DNA of 64,000 nt. It comes from Camelus dromedarius (taxonomy: Eukaryota). Both the position numbers and the translations under genes were made by a program. Location of the stretch: positions 7,566,001-7,630,000 of the forward strand of contig NC_087438.1 of the NCBI RefSeq assembly GCF_036321535.1, read 5' to 3'. Shown piece after piece: positions 1 to 12,190 of the stretch. Position 1 is the stretch's first letter. Every line of letters begins with the position of its first letter. The notes beneath the pieces were generated by a model. That model was given only the letters and a program-made list of their open reading frames with translations. It did no database searches and was not told the origin of the DNA.

Positions 1-114
1 GTTGTGTGGAATACAAACCCCTGTGGCTGGTGTCTTTACATGCAGCCAAATGTAACCCCTACCACGTCCTGGGTGATGGGACCCAGCCTGCCCCTGGGAA
101 TTCATCTCTCACAG

Positions 115-496
115 CTCTTCTGGCCACACTGGCCTTTCTGATGCTTCTCAGATGGGACAAACAATTCCTTCCCTTTGGGCCTTAACATTAGCTGTTCCCT
201 TGCCTGACAGCCTCCTCCAGCTTCTTGCATGGCTAACTCCTTCTCATTCTGGAATCAGCTTTGGAAGTGTCTGTCCTAACCACCAGATCTGAGGAAGCCA
301 GCCCTACCCTTGACTCTCATCACTTTGTCTTCATCCTCATCCGAAATTTGTCCTCTCTCTGGGCCTGACTTTTTCTCTTCTAACTAGCAGTGATCAGGTG
401 TCACCACCACAAGGAGAGAGGTCTTTTCCATCTTGTCCACAGTGTCCCCAGCCCCCAAAACTGGAATGGGCACAGAAGAGGCATTCAGTAGATATT
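115..496 (+). mobile_element. L2 LINE 3' fragment
   Basis: Degenerate L2 3' motifs (ccacactggcctttc..., gctgttcccttgcctg, ...gggcacagaagaggcattcagtagatatt). Confidence 0.7.
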
Positions 497-1124
497 CTAC
501 CCCGTAATTGTGGAGCAAAGATACATTTGATTTCTCACAACTGGTACGTAAATGAAAAGCAGCAAATGAGGTCTACACAGAGAATGAAAAATATACACAG
601 TATGTAGGTAACAATACATGGCCACTAACCTTTTCTGATACTTACTCTGACTCATAAGCACGTTCATGTGCGTGTGTATCCAGCCCCACCGGTCATAGAT
701 TTTTATGCAGACACACACACTCAATAACATTAGAATTGCTGAGTGAATAATCTTATAAACTCACTATAACTCTGGGAGTAAGACAGGTTGACCCATTTTT
801 CCCAAGAAAAACAAAAGCCAACAAACAAAAGGGAGGAGAAAGGATGTTAGACTTATGTGGGACACAACTCTGTTGAGTGCACACTGGGACCAGAAGCCAG
901 ATTTTTAAGCCCCAATCCCGTTTTCCCCCACTATTGGTTGCCTTCTCAAGGAGAGTTTTGGGAGCTGTTTCCCCTTCTCTAAGAAGGCTGTTTTGTAATC
1001 CCAAATGGTGCTGGGAAAAAAAAAAAAAAGGCACTGAATGAAGACACGACTTGATGTGAATGCTGTAATCTAGAACAAGAATTAAGAAACAGAAAATGCA
1101 CATTCGCTTCTCCATGTGTATGTT

Positions 1125-1245
1125 TTGTAACCTTGGCTCTGTCCCTGAAACTTTCTGAGCCTCAGTTTCCTTATCTGCAAGCTGGAGATGTGAACAAGGA
1201 CTTCCCTCGGGACTGGTGTGAGAATCTAGGACCGTCTAAGTGCAG
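1125..1245 (+). mobile_element. MIR SINE core
   Basis: ctgagcctcagtttccttatctgcaa core motif. Confidence 0.75.
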
Positions 1246-1846
1246 CCCACACACCCGCAGAGCTCTGCGTCGCCCCGTCAGCTCTCTATGAGATCCGGAG
1301 ACACGAGGGCTTCTCTGCCCTCATTGATGGAGGAACTGGGCCTGTAAAAGGCCAAGCACAGAGAATGGTAGCTAATGCGGGGACACCAGCTCTCGTCCTG
1401 GTCGCACACTGGGAAGTGCTTTGTAAACCATGATATACTATAGAATGTACTGTCGTTATTGCAGACCGAGGTTTCATTAGCATTCACGAAATACAAGAGT
1501 TGTCCCAGGGTGTATTAAAACAACTCTGCCTATCAGTCAGTCTGGTGAGCCCTGCTTTCTTAACCTGGGCTGGTGCACACGTTCTGTCTTCTTGTACTGT
1601 TGTGTGATGGATGAGAATTTTTATATTCTTCCTCACGACACAGGATTTCTCTTCCATTGTTGATACTGCTCGGAAAGAGAGGGCAGCAGCCATTCTCCAC
1701 TTTGTAACATCCAGGATGTTTTCTTATGACGTTATGGGAGGTTTAAATAATATTAATTTAAATATAATTTGTTTGACACCCACAAGGACACATACAATAT
1801 TTGAAGGAGATGCGCATGTCCCAAAGTCAAATACAAATGATAGACA

Positions 1847-1848
<2 letters not shown>

Positions 1849-1890
<42 letters not shown>
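1849..1890. repeat. (AC)21 microsatellite
   Basis: Perfect dinucleotide run read directly. Confidence 0.98.
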
Positions 1891-1894
<4 letters not shown>

Positions 1895-3384
1895 TCCTTC
1901 AGGTTTTTATTGGGCTTCAACTTGTCAGTCAGTCACAGGGTAACTGAGAAGCATTTTGAGGCATTTTTCAAAAGTAATTCAATAGCTGATAAAGGACATG
2001 GGGGTTAATTTTAGTCACATACCAGGTTACCCTTTAGCTAAGGATATTTGAAGAAAAAAAATAACCAGGCTGAATCATGGAAAAATTGTCCTCTTATCTT
2101 TATTTGGAAGTTAGAAAATAGAAACTGCAAAAAAGATGAGGGCGCTGCGACCGTGAATACTGATTTCCCACAGAATTGCAAATGTTGCGGGAGTTATTTA
2201 TGAAAAGTGTATTTCAGCAGAGAAATGGGGGTGGAGGGTAAGGATAATTTTATTTCTGACTCTTACACTGAGTCGTTACTCGACCTTGTGCAAGCCACTT
2301 CCACATTCTGTGATTATGGTTCCATACTGGAGGCAATAACATGGATCTTACACAAGAATTCAAATAGTTATTCAATATTGTGTCTTGGCATTTATCTCCT
2401 TGTGTAACATTTCTTACAAGGGTATATGAATTGCTATAAGTTTGAGAAATAAACATGACAAAGGAATCAAGAATAAAGATGCTTTTCGCAAGATAAAATC
2501 ATCTCAAGGGAGTCTGAAGTCAGAAATTGAAGAACAGCAAGTTTTGGTAGCTTTTTCTTTCTTTCTTTCTTTCTTTTTTTTTTTTAAATCTATTAAGGAT
2601 TCAGTGGTATTAGGACATTTTTTTTTAACCCTTTTCCCTGTTAATTTTTGTGTGTGTGTGAAAGGCCCTTCAGGTGCCAGTATGTGGTATTTAGAGAGCT
2701 TAAATGACAGGTGACTAGCAGAAGGACATTGAGGTGTTACTCCTGCCTCTTCCGGCCCAGGCATCTCTATTCAGCTCTCCACGTGGGGTCAGTCTGAGAA
2801 GGAGAATCTATAAATGAATGAGCACTGGTCTTGGGGTCTTTCCGCCGAGGTGTCTCGACTCAGCCCGGTTACACATTAAATGTGCAACATCGGGGCAGCG
2901 CCATTCGCTCTGAGTCCCGGCACCCTCAACTGAAAGTGGGGGTGGCAGCCCAGCCTCCTAGCACGTTCACAGGAGGTGTACGTGTGAGCGTTTGGAAATG
3001 CATGGTCAACTTTAATGGAGTAAACACAAGTCTAACCAAAGCACACTCCTTGTTAGAGATTTTAGAGAAGCAGCCAAGTACACGTTTATTTTCAAATACA
3101 AGGCAGATGATGACTGTTCTAGAACAGAAAGGAGACTCCCACTGGCTTGTGGGTGGGTAGGAATGGTGGTAATGAGCAGGTTTTGAGGGATGGGGAGTGG
3201 GGAATTGAGCCTTTCTGGTTGACAGGAGGTGGGAGGAGGGCGTTCCACACAGAGGAGAAGCAGAGAAGCACAGAAGGACGATAGCAGTTCATGTGCCAAG
3301 ACAGTGATTTGTCAGCTCTGACTTGGGGGTGGGATATGCGTGGAAAGGTAACAGAGGACTGGAAGGTCAGGTTTAAGGTTTAAG

Positions 3385-3617
3385 GTCCGGCTGAAGAAAG
3401 ACAGCTGGATTCTCACCTCTGCCTCTGCATTCAGTCTCTTGCAACATCACATCATGTAGGCTCTGGAAAGCTTCCTTGTACGCTTGAGAGAATAAGAGTG
3501 GAAAACAGCAAATAACATTTCAGTATTACTTAAAAAAAAAAGTTTTGACCTCATAGACCGCTTGAATGAGTCTAGAGAATTTCCAGGGTTCACTGGACCA
3601 CACTTTGACAACTGCCA
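3385..3617. mobile_element. hAT-Charlie DNA transposon fragment (MER119-like)
   Basis: Ends in Charlie-type terminus ggaccacactttgacaactgcc; internal catcatgtagg.ctctggaaa...gagagaataagagtgg resembles recalled consensus. Confidence 0.6.
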
Positions 3618-4029
3618 TTCTTTAGACACTTATTTAAGAATAAGAATAAAAAATATTTGGATTAAAAAACAACTACCATACTGTAGCCAGTGGTGACGTC
3701 AGCCTTACAATTGGCTAGGACTGAGATGCCAGGTGGTATCGCCCCAGCGGTGGCCCAGGGCAGCAGGTGGACGCTCAGGGGCTCGCCTCTTCCAGGCTGA
3801 CTCACTGGCGCTGGGCCAGCTGGGTCAGATGGGAGGGAGGCACGAGGTCGGCCTCCAGAATGACTGCAGCAGCCCCCACTGTCTGAGCTTCCCCACTCAC
3901 CACAGCTGTTTCCGGATCCACAAGGCTTACATGCTGTGCTGTTTGTCTTCAAATAGGCAGTTTGAGCAATTTTAGAGTTTTGATAGTGTTGTTGACATCA
4001 TTTTTTAAAAGGGCTGCTTTCACAGGCTT

Positions 4030-4743
4030 AAAAAATTGAGCTCTAATTGACATACAACATTATGTGAGTTTAAGATGTAGAGTGTGTTAATGTCATACAT
4101 TTATACATGCAATATGATCACCACCTTAGCATAGCTAACATCTCTAACATGCCACATAATTATCATTTCTTTTTTTGTGGTGAGAACAGTTAAAATCTAG
4201 TCTCTTAGCAACTCTGAAGTTTATAGTACAGTATTGTGGACTATAATCACTATCCTGTGCATTAGATCTCTGCGACTTATTTATATACTAGTTCCAAGCT
4301 TGTACATTAAACATCTGTCCCATCCCCTATCCCCCATCCCCCCACCGCCAGCCCCTGGTAACCACCAATTCTACTCTCAGTTTTTATGAGTTCACCTTTT
4401 TTTAAAGACCACATATAAGTGATATCATACAGTAATTGTCTTTCTCTGTTTGAATTATCTCACTTAGCATAATGCTTTTCAGATCTATCCTATTCAAAAT
4501 ACCATCAAAAACAATAAAATACTTAGGGATAAATTTAACCAAGGAAGTAAAAGATCTGTACAATGAAAAGTACGAGACTTTCATGAAAGAAATTGAATGA
4601 CACAAACAAATAGAAAGATACCCCACGTTCATGGATTAGAGGGATCAATATTAAGATGTCCACACTACACGAAGTGATCTGTGGATTCGATGCAATTCCC
4701 ATCAAAATTGTAATGGCATTTCCAACAGAACTGGAAAGCACAA
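4030..4743 (-). mobile_element. 5'-inverted truncated L1 (3' end on minus strand 4030-4490, ORF2 piece on plus strand 4491-4743)
   Basis: Plus piece translates IKYLGINLTKEVKDLY (L1 ORF2); TSD ttcacaggctt at 4019-4029 and 4744-4754. Confidence 0.9.
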
Positions 4744-5029
4744 TTCACAGGCTTTTAAGAGAGGAACGGCAAAAGTCTCAAACACGAAGTTGTTGGCCAT
4801 GTTTTTCCTGCCAAATCTGCACGTTATGCCCTCTCTTGGTAGACCATATGAATGTTTTGACTACTTTCAGGAAATACTTTCTATGAATACAATGTATATA
4901 CTTTGGAAAACCTAAATAACAGCTTCCCAATAATCCAGCCACCAGCATTAGACTCTACCACTACTCTTTGTCTGTCCCTCTAGGCTTCCAGAAAAAAATA
5001 GATAAGGATTTTTTTTAAACTGTCTCAAT

Positions 5030-5200
5030 GATTGTCCCTCACTTTATGTTTGTCTGATGCTTCTCTCACTGTTAAACAGGGGTTATGGGTCTTGGGAAAG
5101 AAGGCTATAGAAGTGAAGTGCCATTTTCATCACATTTTCATCAAGGGTACATGCTGTCAATCATCACTGAAGATATTAACTTTGATCACCTCACTGATAG
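5030..5200 (-). mobile_element. Old L1 (L1MC-type) 3'UTR fragment
   Basis: ggggttatgggtcttggg...aagtgccattttcatcac...caagggtaca...aactttgatcacct. Confidence 0.7.
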
Positions 5201-6301
5201 AAGGGGTTTTAAATATGGTTATTTTATCGACTTAAGTTAATTTGTTTGTGAGTTCAGCTCTTCGTTAGGAATCAGTGTGTACACGGGCTAAATTTTTCAC
5301 ATCATAACCCTGAAGCTGCCTAATAATTGACAAGAGTCTGTATTAATAAGCACATACCTGGCCATGACGCTGGAAGATAATCTTTGGGCTCTTCCCATCT
5401 GGGTTTTATTCTCACTCACAGTGCTGGGCTTAGAGATGGCGAACAATTTCCTTTACAAATTTAAGGCCTATTTTCCCTGCTGAAATTACCTGGGCTTCTT
5501 TTTAAGCCATTTTTTCTCGACCAAGTGATTTCACATAATTGATTAATTATTCCATTCAGGCTGAAGTGTCTGTGTGTGACTTTGCCACCTAGAGAAGGCT
5601 GAAAATCATGACTTCAGTCAGCATCCTAGTTCTTACCATGTTTGCAGAAAAGCCAGCTCTGTTCTTGTCCAATTTTTCAGAAAACGTCCGAGCTTGGGAA
5701 ACACAATGGCTGTTAATCCAGATAAGAACAAATTCCAAGCCCATTTTTCAAGTTTGGAGGGACCCTCTGGGGCGCCATTCAGAGCTGTTCACTGACATAA
5801 CTTAATAAATTGCCATTGGTCATGGAAAAGATAAAAGAAAATACAGAAGCTTCAGTAGCTTGCTGGAGACTTAGAACATGACCATTCATCTCCTTAACAA
5901 AGACCTGTGGAGTGTCGGGTAAAGAAAAGCTACGCTTAAGCTGGTCCTTGCAGGGCGCCCAGAAGAGGTAAAACCTGATGCGACATGGGACACAATATGG
6001 CGGAGGAACCGCCGGGCGGGGCTTGGGTTTGGCTTCTTTACAGCTCCCCTGTCTCTTAAGGATGCTATTCTTCTTTCGTCTCCTTTCCTCCCCTCTCCCT
6101 AAACTTCTCTCCTCCGCCCACCTTTTTTTTTTTTCCAGAAAGAGAAACCAGCTTTGAGTATTTATTGGAATATTGCAGAATCCTGGAAGAATTCCTGGAA
6201 TTAAGGAGAGGGCTCCTGCGGCCTCAGGAAGGAACATGGAGGCTCTAGAAATACCAACAACTGATCTTCTGTCTCTAAAATGCTGCCTGAGGAGGACTCC
6301 C

Positions 6302-6884
6302 TGCCATCGTTCATTTTGTGTGTCTACTTGGCTAGGCCACAGCACCCAGATGTTTGCTCAAACATTTTTCTAGATATTTCTGTGAAGGCATCTTTAAAAT
6401 GAGGTTACTGTTTAAATCAGTACACTCTGAGCAAAGCAGGTTACCTTCCATAATGTGAATGGGCCTCATCCTACCAGCTGAAGTCCTTAATAGAAAAGAG
6501 AGTGACCTCAGAAGAAGAAGGAATTCTGCCAGCAGACAGATCACCTTCAAACTTGGACTGTAGCTTTTCCCCTGGGTCTCCAGCTTGCTGATCTACCCTG
6601 CAGATTTCTTATTTATAAATATGTGTGGGTATATATATGTGTGTGTGTGTGTGAGTATATATATATATAGAGAGAGAAATAAAAAATTGCATTTTTTAAT
6701 AAGTTGGAACCCTGCAGAGTTGTCAGCCCCCATAATTACATGAGCCAGTCCCTTAAAAGAACTCTGTTCCTCTCTCTCTCTCAGTCCATCTAGATAGACT
6801 TGGATATGCATATGGATATGGGAATAGATGTAGCTACATCCCCTGTGGGATGTTCTGTTTCTCTGGAGAACCCTGACTAATACA
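6302..6884 (+). mobile_element. MLT2 (ERVL) solo LTR
   Basis: TG...CA ends; diagnostic ctgtttctctggagaaccctgactaataca terminus and tgggcctcatcc motif. Confidence 0.9.
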
Positions 6885-6934
6885 CGAAGCACAGCTGTTT
6901 TCAGTCACTGGCTGTCCACCCAAGGTTCGATTCA

Positions 6935-7053
6935 AGGTGGGTACAGGTAGAGGGTGTGCTTAGCGCACGTGAGGGCCTGGGTTCAATGCCCAGTACTTCC
7001 ATTAAAAAATAAATAAGTAAACCTAATTGCCTCCCCACCCCACCCCTCAAAAA
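6935..7053 (+). mobile_element. Camelid tRNA-derived SINE (Vic-1-like)
   Basis: tRNA-like head with B box (gggttcaatgccc), aaataaataagtaaacctaatt.cctcccc tail; TSD aag(g/a)ttcgattca at 6922-6934 and 7054-7066. Confidence 0.88.
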
Positions 7054-7110
7054 AAGATTCGATTCAGCGTGCGACATCCTCAGACCGCTTGAACTTAGGT
7101 TCTGTGCTCT

Positions 7111-7576
7111 TGTTGATGGAAAGCAAAATGCACAGCTTGAGTTGTGAGCTTCAGTTTTATTCAGGAACCTAACTGAGGACTGTGGCCCAAGAACAGCCCC
7201 TCAGCAGCTCTGAGGGGACTGCACTGAGGAGATGGGGGAGAAGCCAGTATGCACCTGAGTTTTGGCTGGGAAATACATGCAGTCAAGCACACACTCAGGA
7301 AAAGGTAACTGCTAGTCACCGGGAACAGATACCTCAATTAATGATTTTAGTGCTTTTCTACATATGAGAAGATGCAAGGAGGGGAATTCATTAAAATTCT
7401 TCCCGAAATATACATCTAACTATCTGAGGGGCTTGTTTTCCTGAAGGACAGGGAGCCTCATCCTGTTTTTTGCCCTGAGTTCCTTTCAGGGGGCACTGTC
7501 GTTCAGTAACTGCAGTGGCTGATGACTTGGTCCTTGTAGAACTAACTGGGTGGTGGGCAACATTCTTTGTTTTACA
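7111..7576 (-). mobile_element. ERV1-class solo LTR
   Basis: TG...CA ends, 4-bp TSD CTCT (7107-7110 and 7577-7580), minus-strand AATAAA near left end. Confidence 0.85.
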
Positions 7577-8579
7577 CTCTCGATGACCTTTCTGGGTGCT
7601 GATAAGTCAGCTGGAGTGGATGGAACATTTACAACCAGTGAGCTAAACAAAGGAGGAACTCTGTTAACTGACTAATCAGGCTGAGAAGATCTCAAGTAAT
7701 GTAAATTTGACGAGGCTCTGTTATCCATCATACAATGTTACTGATCCTCTCTGTCTGGGTTTTCTGGAATTTGATGACAAGAGATAAGGACACTCCTGTT
7801 ACCCACTGTTTGCTCCCTGGGGAATGTTCACCTTTAACCTCATCCTTTGTCTAACACCAAGTTGTAAAACATGTTTAAGAGAATTACATCAGGTCCTAAA
7901 CCTGCACCCAGTAAGAAATAGTGTTAGTTCAAAAATCATACCTACCGTTTATAACTCAGGCTGCAAAATGACCTCGCTGGCCTTGTATCAATTTAACTCT
8001 CTTCCATAGATTGTATATCTTGTAGAAAATCTTTCACTTGTTGGAAGATTCTCAGACCCCGAGGTCTCGTTTTTCTCCTTTCACACTTGCAGACTGCACG
8101 TAAATAAAAAGCACCTCCTCTAATGGGTTCATGACACACATGGAAGCTTTGCTCTTCCTCCTTCTCCCCACAGCCACCCCCTTTCTGACACTGCCCTGCC
8201 GGCCTTTCTGATACTGAAATCTGCCTGTCCCACGAGACACAGTGTTCACTCCAGGCTCTGCATCGACTGCCCTAGGCTCTCTGTTTTCTCCCTGGGGCTT
8301 TCCCAACGTTTCCAGCTTTCACTTGCATGGCTGGGGAACTGAGTGGTCCTTGAGATCCCAGCAGCTGAGAGACAAAAAGGAACCCCGTATTTATCAACCT
8401 GTCCCACGAGGTGGTCCTGATAGACGTATGGTGGCCCCAAGCCTCCCTCTTGGAGCCCCTGTCCTTCTTACCACCCTACGGTTATTATGACAGGAGGTCG
8501 GAGGCACCGTTAGCTACCCCGCTCTGAGGGTCAGTCTAGAAATCTGAAGACTAGGAAGGGGTTAATTAACTTCAAGACT

Positions 8580-8680
8580 TTATTTTATTCAATGGATACT
8601 TTTGAGGGCCTACCCTGTGCCAGACACTTTTCTAGAAATTGAAGGTAAGACCTCAGCTTTCTTAGCGCTTTTATTCTAGA
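8580..8680 (-). mobile_element. L2 3' fragment
   Basis: ttgagggcctaccctgtgccagacact motif. Confidence 0.6.
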
Positions 8681-9034
8681 TGACTGGAGGCTGAGATTGT
8701 GTTGGTGACAAGTGACAGACACAGGCTTCTGATATTCTCCTCTAAAACAAACTGAAACACAGGCTAACTCCCCAGTTTCTGAAGCTCTGTGATGTTAATA
8801 CGCTGTGTTGTTTCTGCACAAATACCAAATAAAGAGTTCCTTGGGACACATTTTAAAAGAGAAAATTCAGGTGTCGTGGTGTTTCTGGTTCTCTGTTTAT
8901 GTCAGGCAAGTCCCTTCAGGAAGAAACTTCGCGGCTGGAGGGACTGTCTTGCATGCACTTTATCCTTTTCAGGTGTTGCCCAGACCCCAGGGTCCAGGGC
9001 AGGTCTGGTAGCGAGCGTCTCTCCCCCTCTGGAG

Positions 9035-9248
9035 CAGGGGTGGACAAACTACAGCCCATGAACCAAGTCCAGCCACTGGTTTTTTAAATAAAATTTGACT
9101 GACAGGCAGCTATGTGCATTCATCTACGTGTTGTCTGTGCTGCTTTCCTGCTGCATTGGCAGACTCGAGTAGCTGCAGCAGGTGTGGTAGGGGCTCAGAG
9201 CCCAAATATTTATTATTTGACCCTTTACAGAAAGTCAGCAGACTCCTT
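9035..9248. mobile_element. MER58A-like hAT-Charlie MITE
   Basis: cagggg..caaactacagccc start; aaatatttattatttgaccctttacagaaa end. Confidence 0.85.
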
Positions 9249-9253
9249 TAGAA

Positions 9254-9428
9254 CAATGGTTCTCAAAGTGTGGTCCCCGGACCAGTAGCAACTACATCAC
9301 CCGAGACCTTGTAAAGAAACGGAAGCTCCCTCCCTCCTCTAGATCCACTCGATCAGAAACTCTGGGGCGGGGCCGTTTGGTGAGCCCCCCAGGAGATTCT
9401 GACTCACGCTGAAGTTGGAGAACCACTG
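9254..9428. mobile_element. MER5A hAT-Charlie MITE
   Basis: TIRs caatggttctcaaa / ttggagaaccactg; gtgtggtccccggaccag body. Confidence 0.88.
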
Positions 9429-10699
9429 AAAATACAATTTTTTCCTGTAATTTTTAGGGAAACTACCAGGAAGTCAGAACCCCGAAGCAGGTTTTGAATT
9501 CCTGATGTCTCCTCGTTTTTTCTCGCGATTGCTAGGAAAGTGACAGTTGCCTACTGAGATGCACTGGCTGCGGCATTTTAAGAGAAACTGTGTGATGGCA
9601 TTAATGATTAAGAATTGTGTTCACCACAGAAAGGATCATTAACTGAGTTTATAACACTTACGGGGGCTAATATTTAGCTCATTGATTTATGAACATCACA
9701 TCAATGTCCCTTTTAAAAGTTAAATCTCTTTAAATTAATTTTTGATCACAGTTGAGAAGACATTGACTGATTATGTGTATTAGTGCTCTGTGATCACAGA
9801 CAGCTCCCCACATCATCCCAAGGAGGCTGTGGATGGGGCTGATTTACAGATTCCCCGCGGAAGACACGAGAAAGGGAGGGAGATGACTGTGCCCCTCCTG
9901 TTGCAGGTAAGTTGTGACACTGCCTCTTAGGCTGCTGACTCTTGTCCAGCATCACCCTCCTCCAGAGAGGAAACAAACCTGCATGTGGGCACACTGAATT
10001 TAAATGTTTGGGATTTCTGAAATGCAGTGCGAATGATGAAATGGAAGGGAGCCTTTAGTCCGCCGTTTGGAATAATGCATTTCCCTGGATACAGGGAAGA
10101 ATTAGGAGCGATGAGATTCCCTGAAACTTCCTTGAACTTATGACAGGCCTGATCCTTGTTTCCAGGTACCCACACCTGAAAAATCTTCATGACCCAGCCT
10201 CTTCTCTACCTTCTCTTTAGATTAGTAAGTACTGCCGTGAGCTTTTTCTTTTACTTATGTTACCTGTATCTTCCAAGCAGATGGGATCTCTACGGCCAGC
10301 ACGATGTTCTTTTGTTGTCTCATCAACTAAAGGACATGAGCGGTATTGCTGTCGTAGCTGATTAGGTGGAAGTTCATGATGAGGGCGGCCAAGGGAAAAG
10401 ACCAGGTAATTTCAGGCCTTCCTACACGTATCCCATTGATTCTCAGAGGCTAGCACGTTGCTCTGGGGCTGGGCAAGACTTTTCAGGTGGGTCCTCACCT
10501 ATTTTTATGCACAGACCTCATGTCATAGCTCATTGAGGAAAACGGCCTCATGTATATGCACCGGCCAGTGTTTATATAAAACAAAACAGCAGAAAATGCC
10601 CGCTTTGTATTGAGCTGCTATTTCTTTCTTTGTAAGTGAAACTATGGCGTACCACAAATATGAGTTTGGACTTTGCAAAAATCTATACTTTGCTCCATC

Positions 10700-10965
10700 T
10701 TCACTCGGGGGAGCAGCCCCCGGGCGCTGGCAGCTCCCCGCACCTGCTGTCTGGCCGAGAAGCCGTGAGCAGCAGGCCAGGAACAGCTGCAGCTGCCCCG
10801 GCGTCGCCCCAGCCAGATCCGCGCAGCCCTGCTGCCGCTCGGACCCCCGGCAGCTGCCTGGGTGGCCACCTGCTCCAAAGGCTGCTCCGTGACTGTCAGC
10901 TGGAGCTTCTGGGCAGCGGGGGCGGGGCTCTGCTGTCAGGGCTGCTTGGATCTGGAGGGAAGCTG
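10700..10965. promoter_or_regulatory. Small CpG-rich, GC-rich island with GC box
   Basis: About 17 CpGs counted by eye in ~260 bp; GGGGCGGGG near 10919-10927; not repeat-like. Confidence 0.5.
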
Positions 10966-11198
10966 ACTCTGGAAAAGACAAACCAATTCAACTTGTATTC
11001 CTTATCTTTCTTCTCTCATTTTCATCTGCAGAATCTTGAAATGAAGAAACTTTCTGAATTAGGTCCTACGCTTAGAACAACACAGACATGGACACGTGGA
11101 CATCCATGCAGACACACTCGTGTGCACACACACCTTCCTTCTCGTGTTTGCTTCATGTGGGTAGTAAACACAGCTAAAGAATGTGTGTGTGTTTTACT

Positions 11199-11323
11199 AT
11201 TTTTTTAAATTGAAGTATAGTTGATTTACAATGCTGTGCTAGTTTCAAGTATACAGCAAAGTGACTCAGTTATCCATATCCATCTATATATGTATTATTT
11301 TCAGATCATTTTCCATTATAGGT
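11199..11323 (-). mobile_element. Short L1 3' end (cetartiodactyl type)
   Basis: ttgaagtatagttgatttacaat...cagcaaagtgactcagtta; taaagaat present on both flanks. Confidence 0.85.
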
Positions 11324-11349
11324 AAAGAATACTTTGAAGCTTGTCCATC

Positions 11350-11470
11350 CAGTTGGTCTAAACTAACCATCACTCATACTTTGGGGATGCTTTTAAAAGA
11401 CAGATTTGGGGTCCTGTCCTGACCTTGTTGAATCCGTCTCTGGTGGGGACACCCAGGAGTCTGCGTTTAC
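11350..11470. mobile_element. MER5-type hAT fragment
   Basis: cttttaaaagacagatttggggtcc...gaatccgtctctggtgggg...gagtctgcgttt. Confidence 0.5.
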
Positions 11471-11542
11471 GACAGATAACAGTTTGGTCGTGACCACCGC
11501 CGCCTCCGACAAGAGGCCACACATGTTCGGTGAGTGGGGGCC

Positions 11543-11952
11543 TGTTTTAGTCTGCCCCGTGCTGCCGTAACAAAGTACCCCAGGCTGGGAGGCTTAAAAG
11601 ACAGGCATTTATTGTCTCAGAGTGCTGGAGGCCAGAAGTCCAAAATCAAGAGACCTGCGGGGCTGTTTCCTCCTGAGGTCTGTGTGGAAAGGTCAGTTCC
11701 AGGCCTCTCTCTGTGGCTTGTAGGCGACCGTCTTCTCCCTGTGTCTCCCTCCATGTCTGTCTGTTTCCAAATCTCCCTTTTTTATAAAGACATTCTGATG
11801 TCATATTGGATTGGGGGCCTCCGTAACGACCTCACTTCAATTTGATTATCTCTGTAAAGATGCTGTGTCCAAATAAAGTCATAGTCTGAGGTTCTGGGGG
11901 TCAGGACTCTAACGTATCTATTTGAGGGGGGAACACAATTCAGCCTCTAACA
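11543..11952 (-). mobile_element. MLT1 (MaLR, MLT1B/C-like) solo LTR
   Basis: gctgccgtaacaaagtacc...ctggaggccagaagtcc...acacaattcagcctctaaca; 5-bp TSD gggcc/ggacc. Confidence 0.9.
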
Positions 11953-12009
11953 GGACCCCTTCATGTCATAGGTGGCTATGCTGAGAATATTCCATGAGAA
12001 TAAAGTGAT

Positions 12010-12190
12010 CACAGCTGACGTTATTGGGTGCTTATTAAATGTTTGATGTGCATTATTCAATTTTAACCTTCACAGCAAACTTTGAAGAAGATGCTATTAT
12101 GTTTCCCAATTTAGAGATGCTAAAACTGAGGCTTCAAGAAATTGGATAAGTTGTCCAGGACCTCACAACTAGCAGATGGCAGGGGAGGGC
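12010..12190 (-). mobile_element. MIR SINE
   Basis: cccaatttagagatgctaaaactgaggct...ttgtccaggacctcacaactag. Confidence 0.75.

Noticed and set aside
3417..3482. 66-nt minus-strand segment with AG/GT boundaries and an open frame (YKEAFQSLHDVMLQETECRG)
   Set aside because: Lies inside a hAT-Charlie transposon remnant, has no partner exons and no recognisable protein; likely a chance pseudo-exon.
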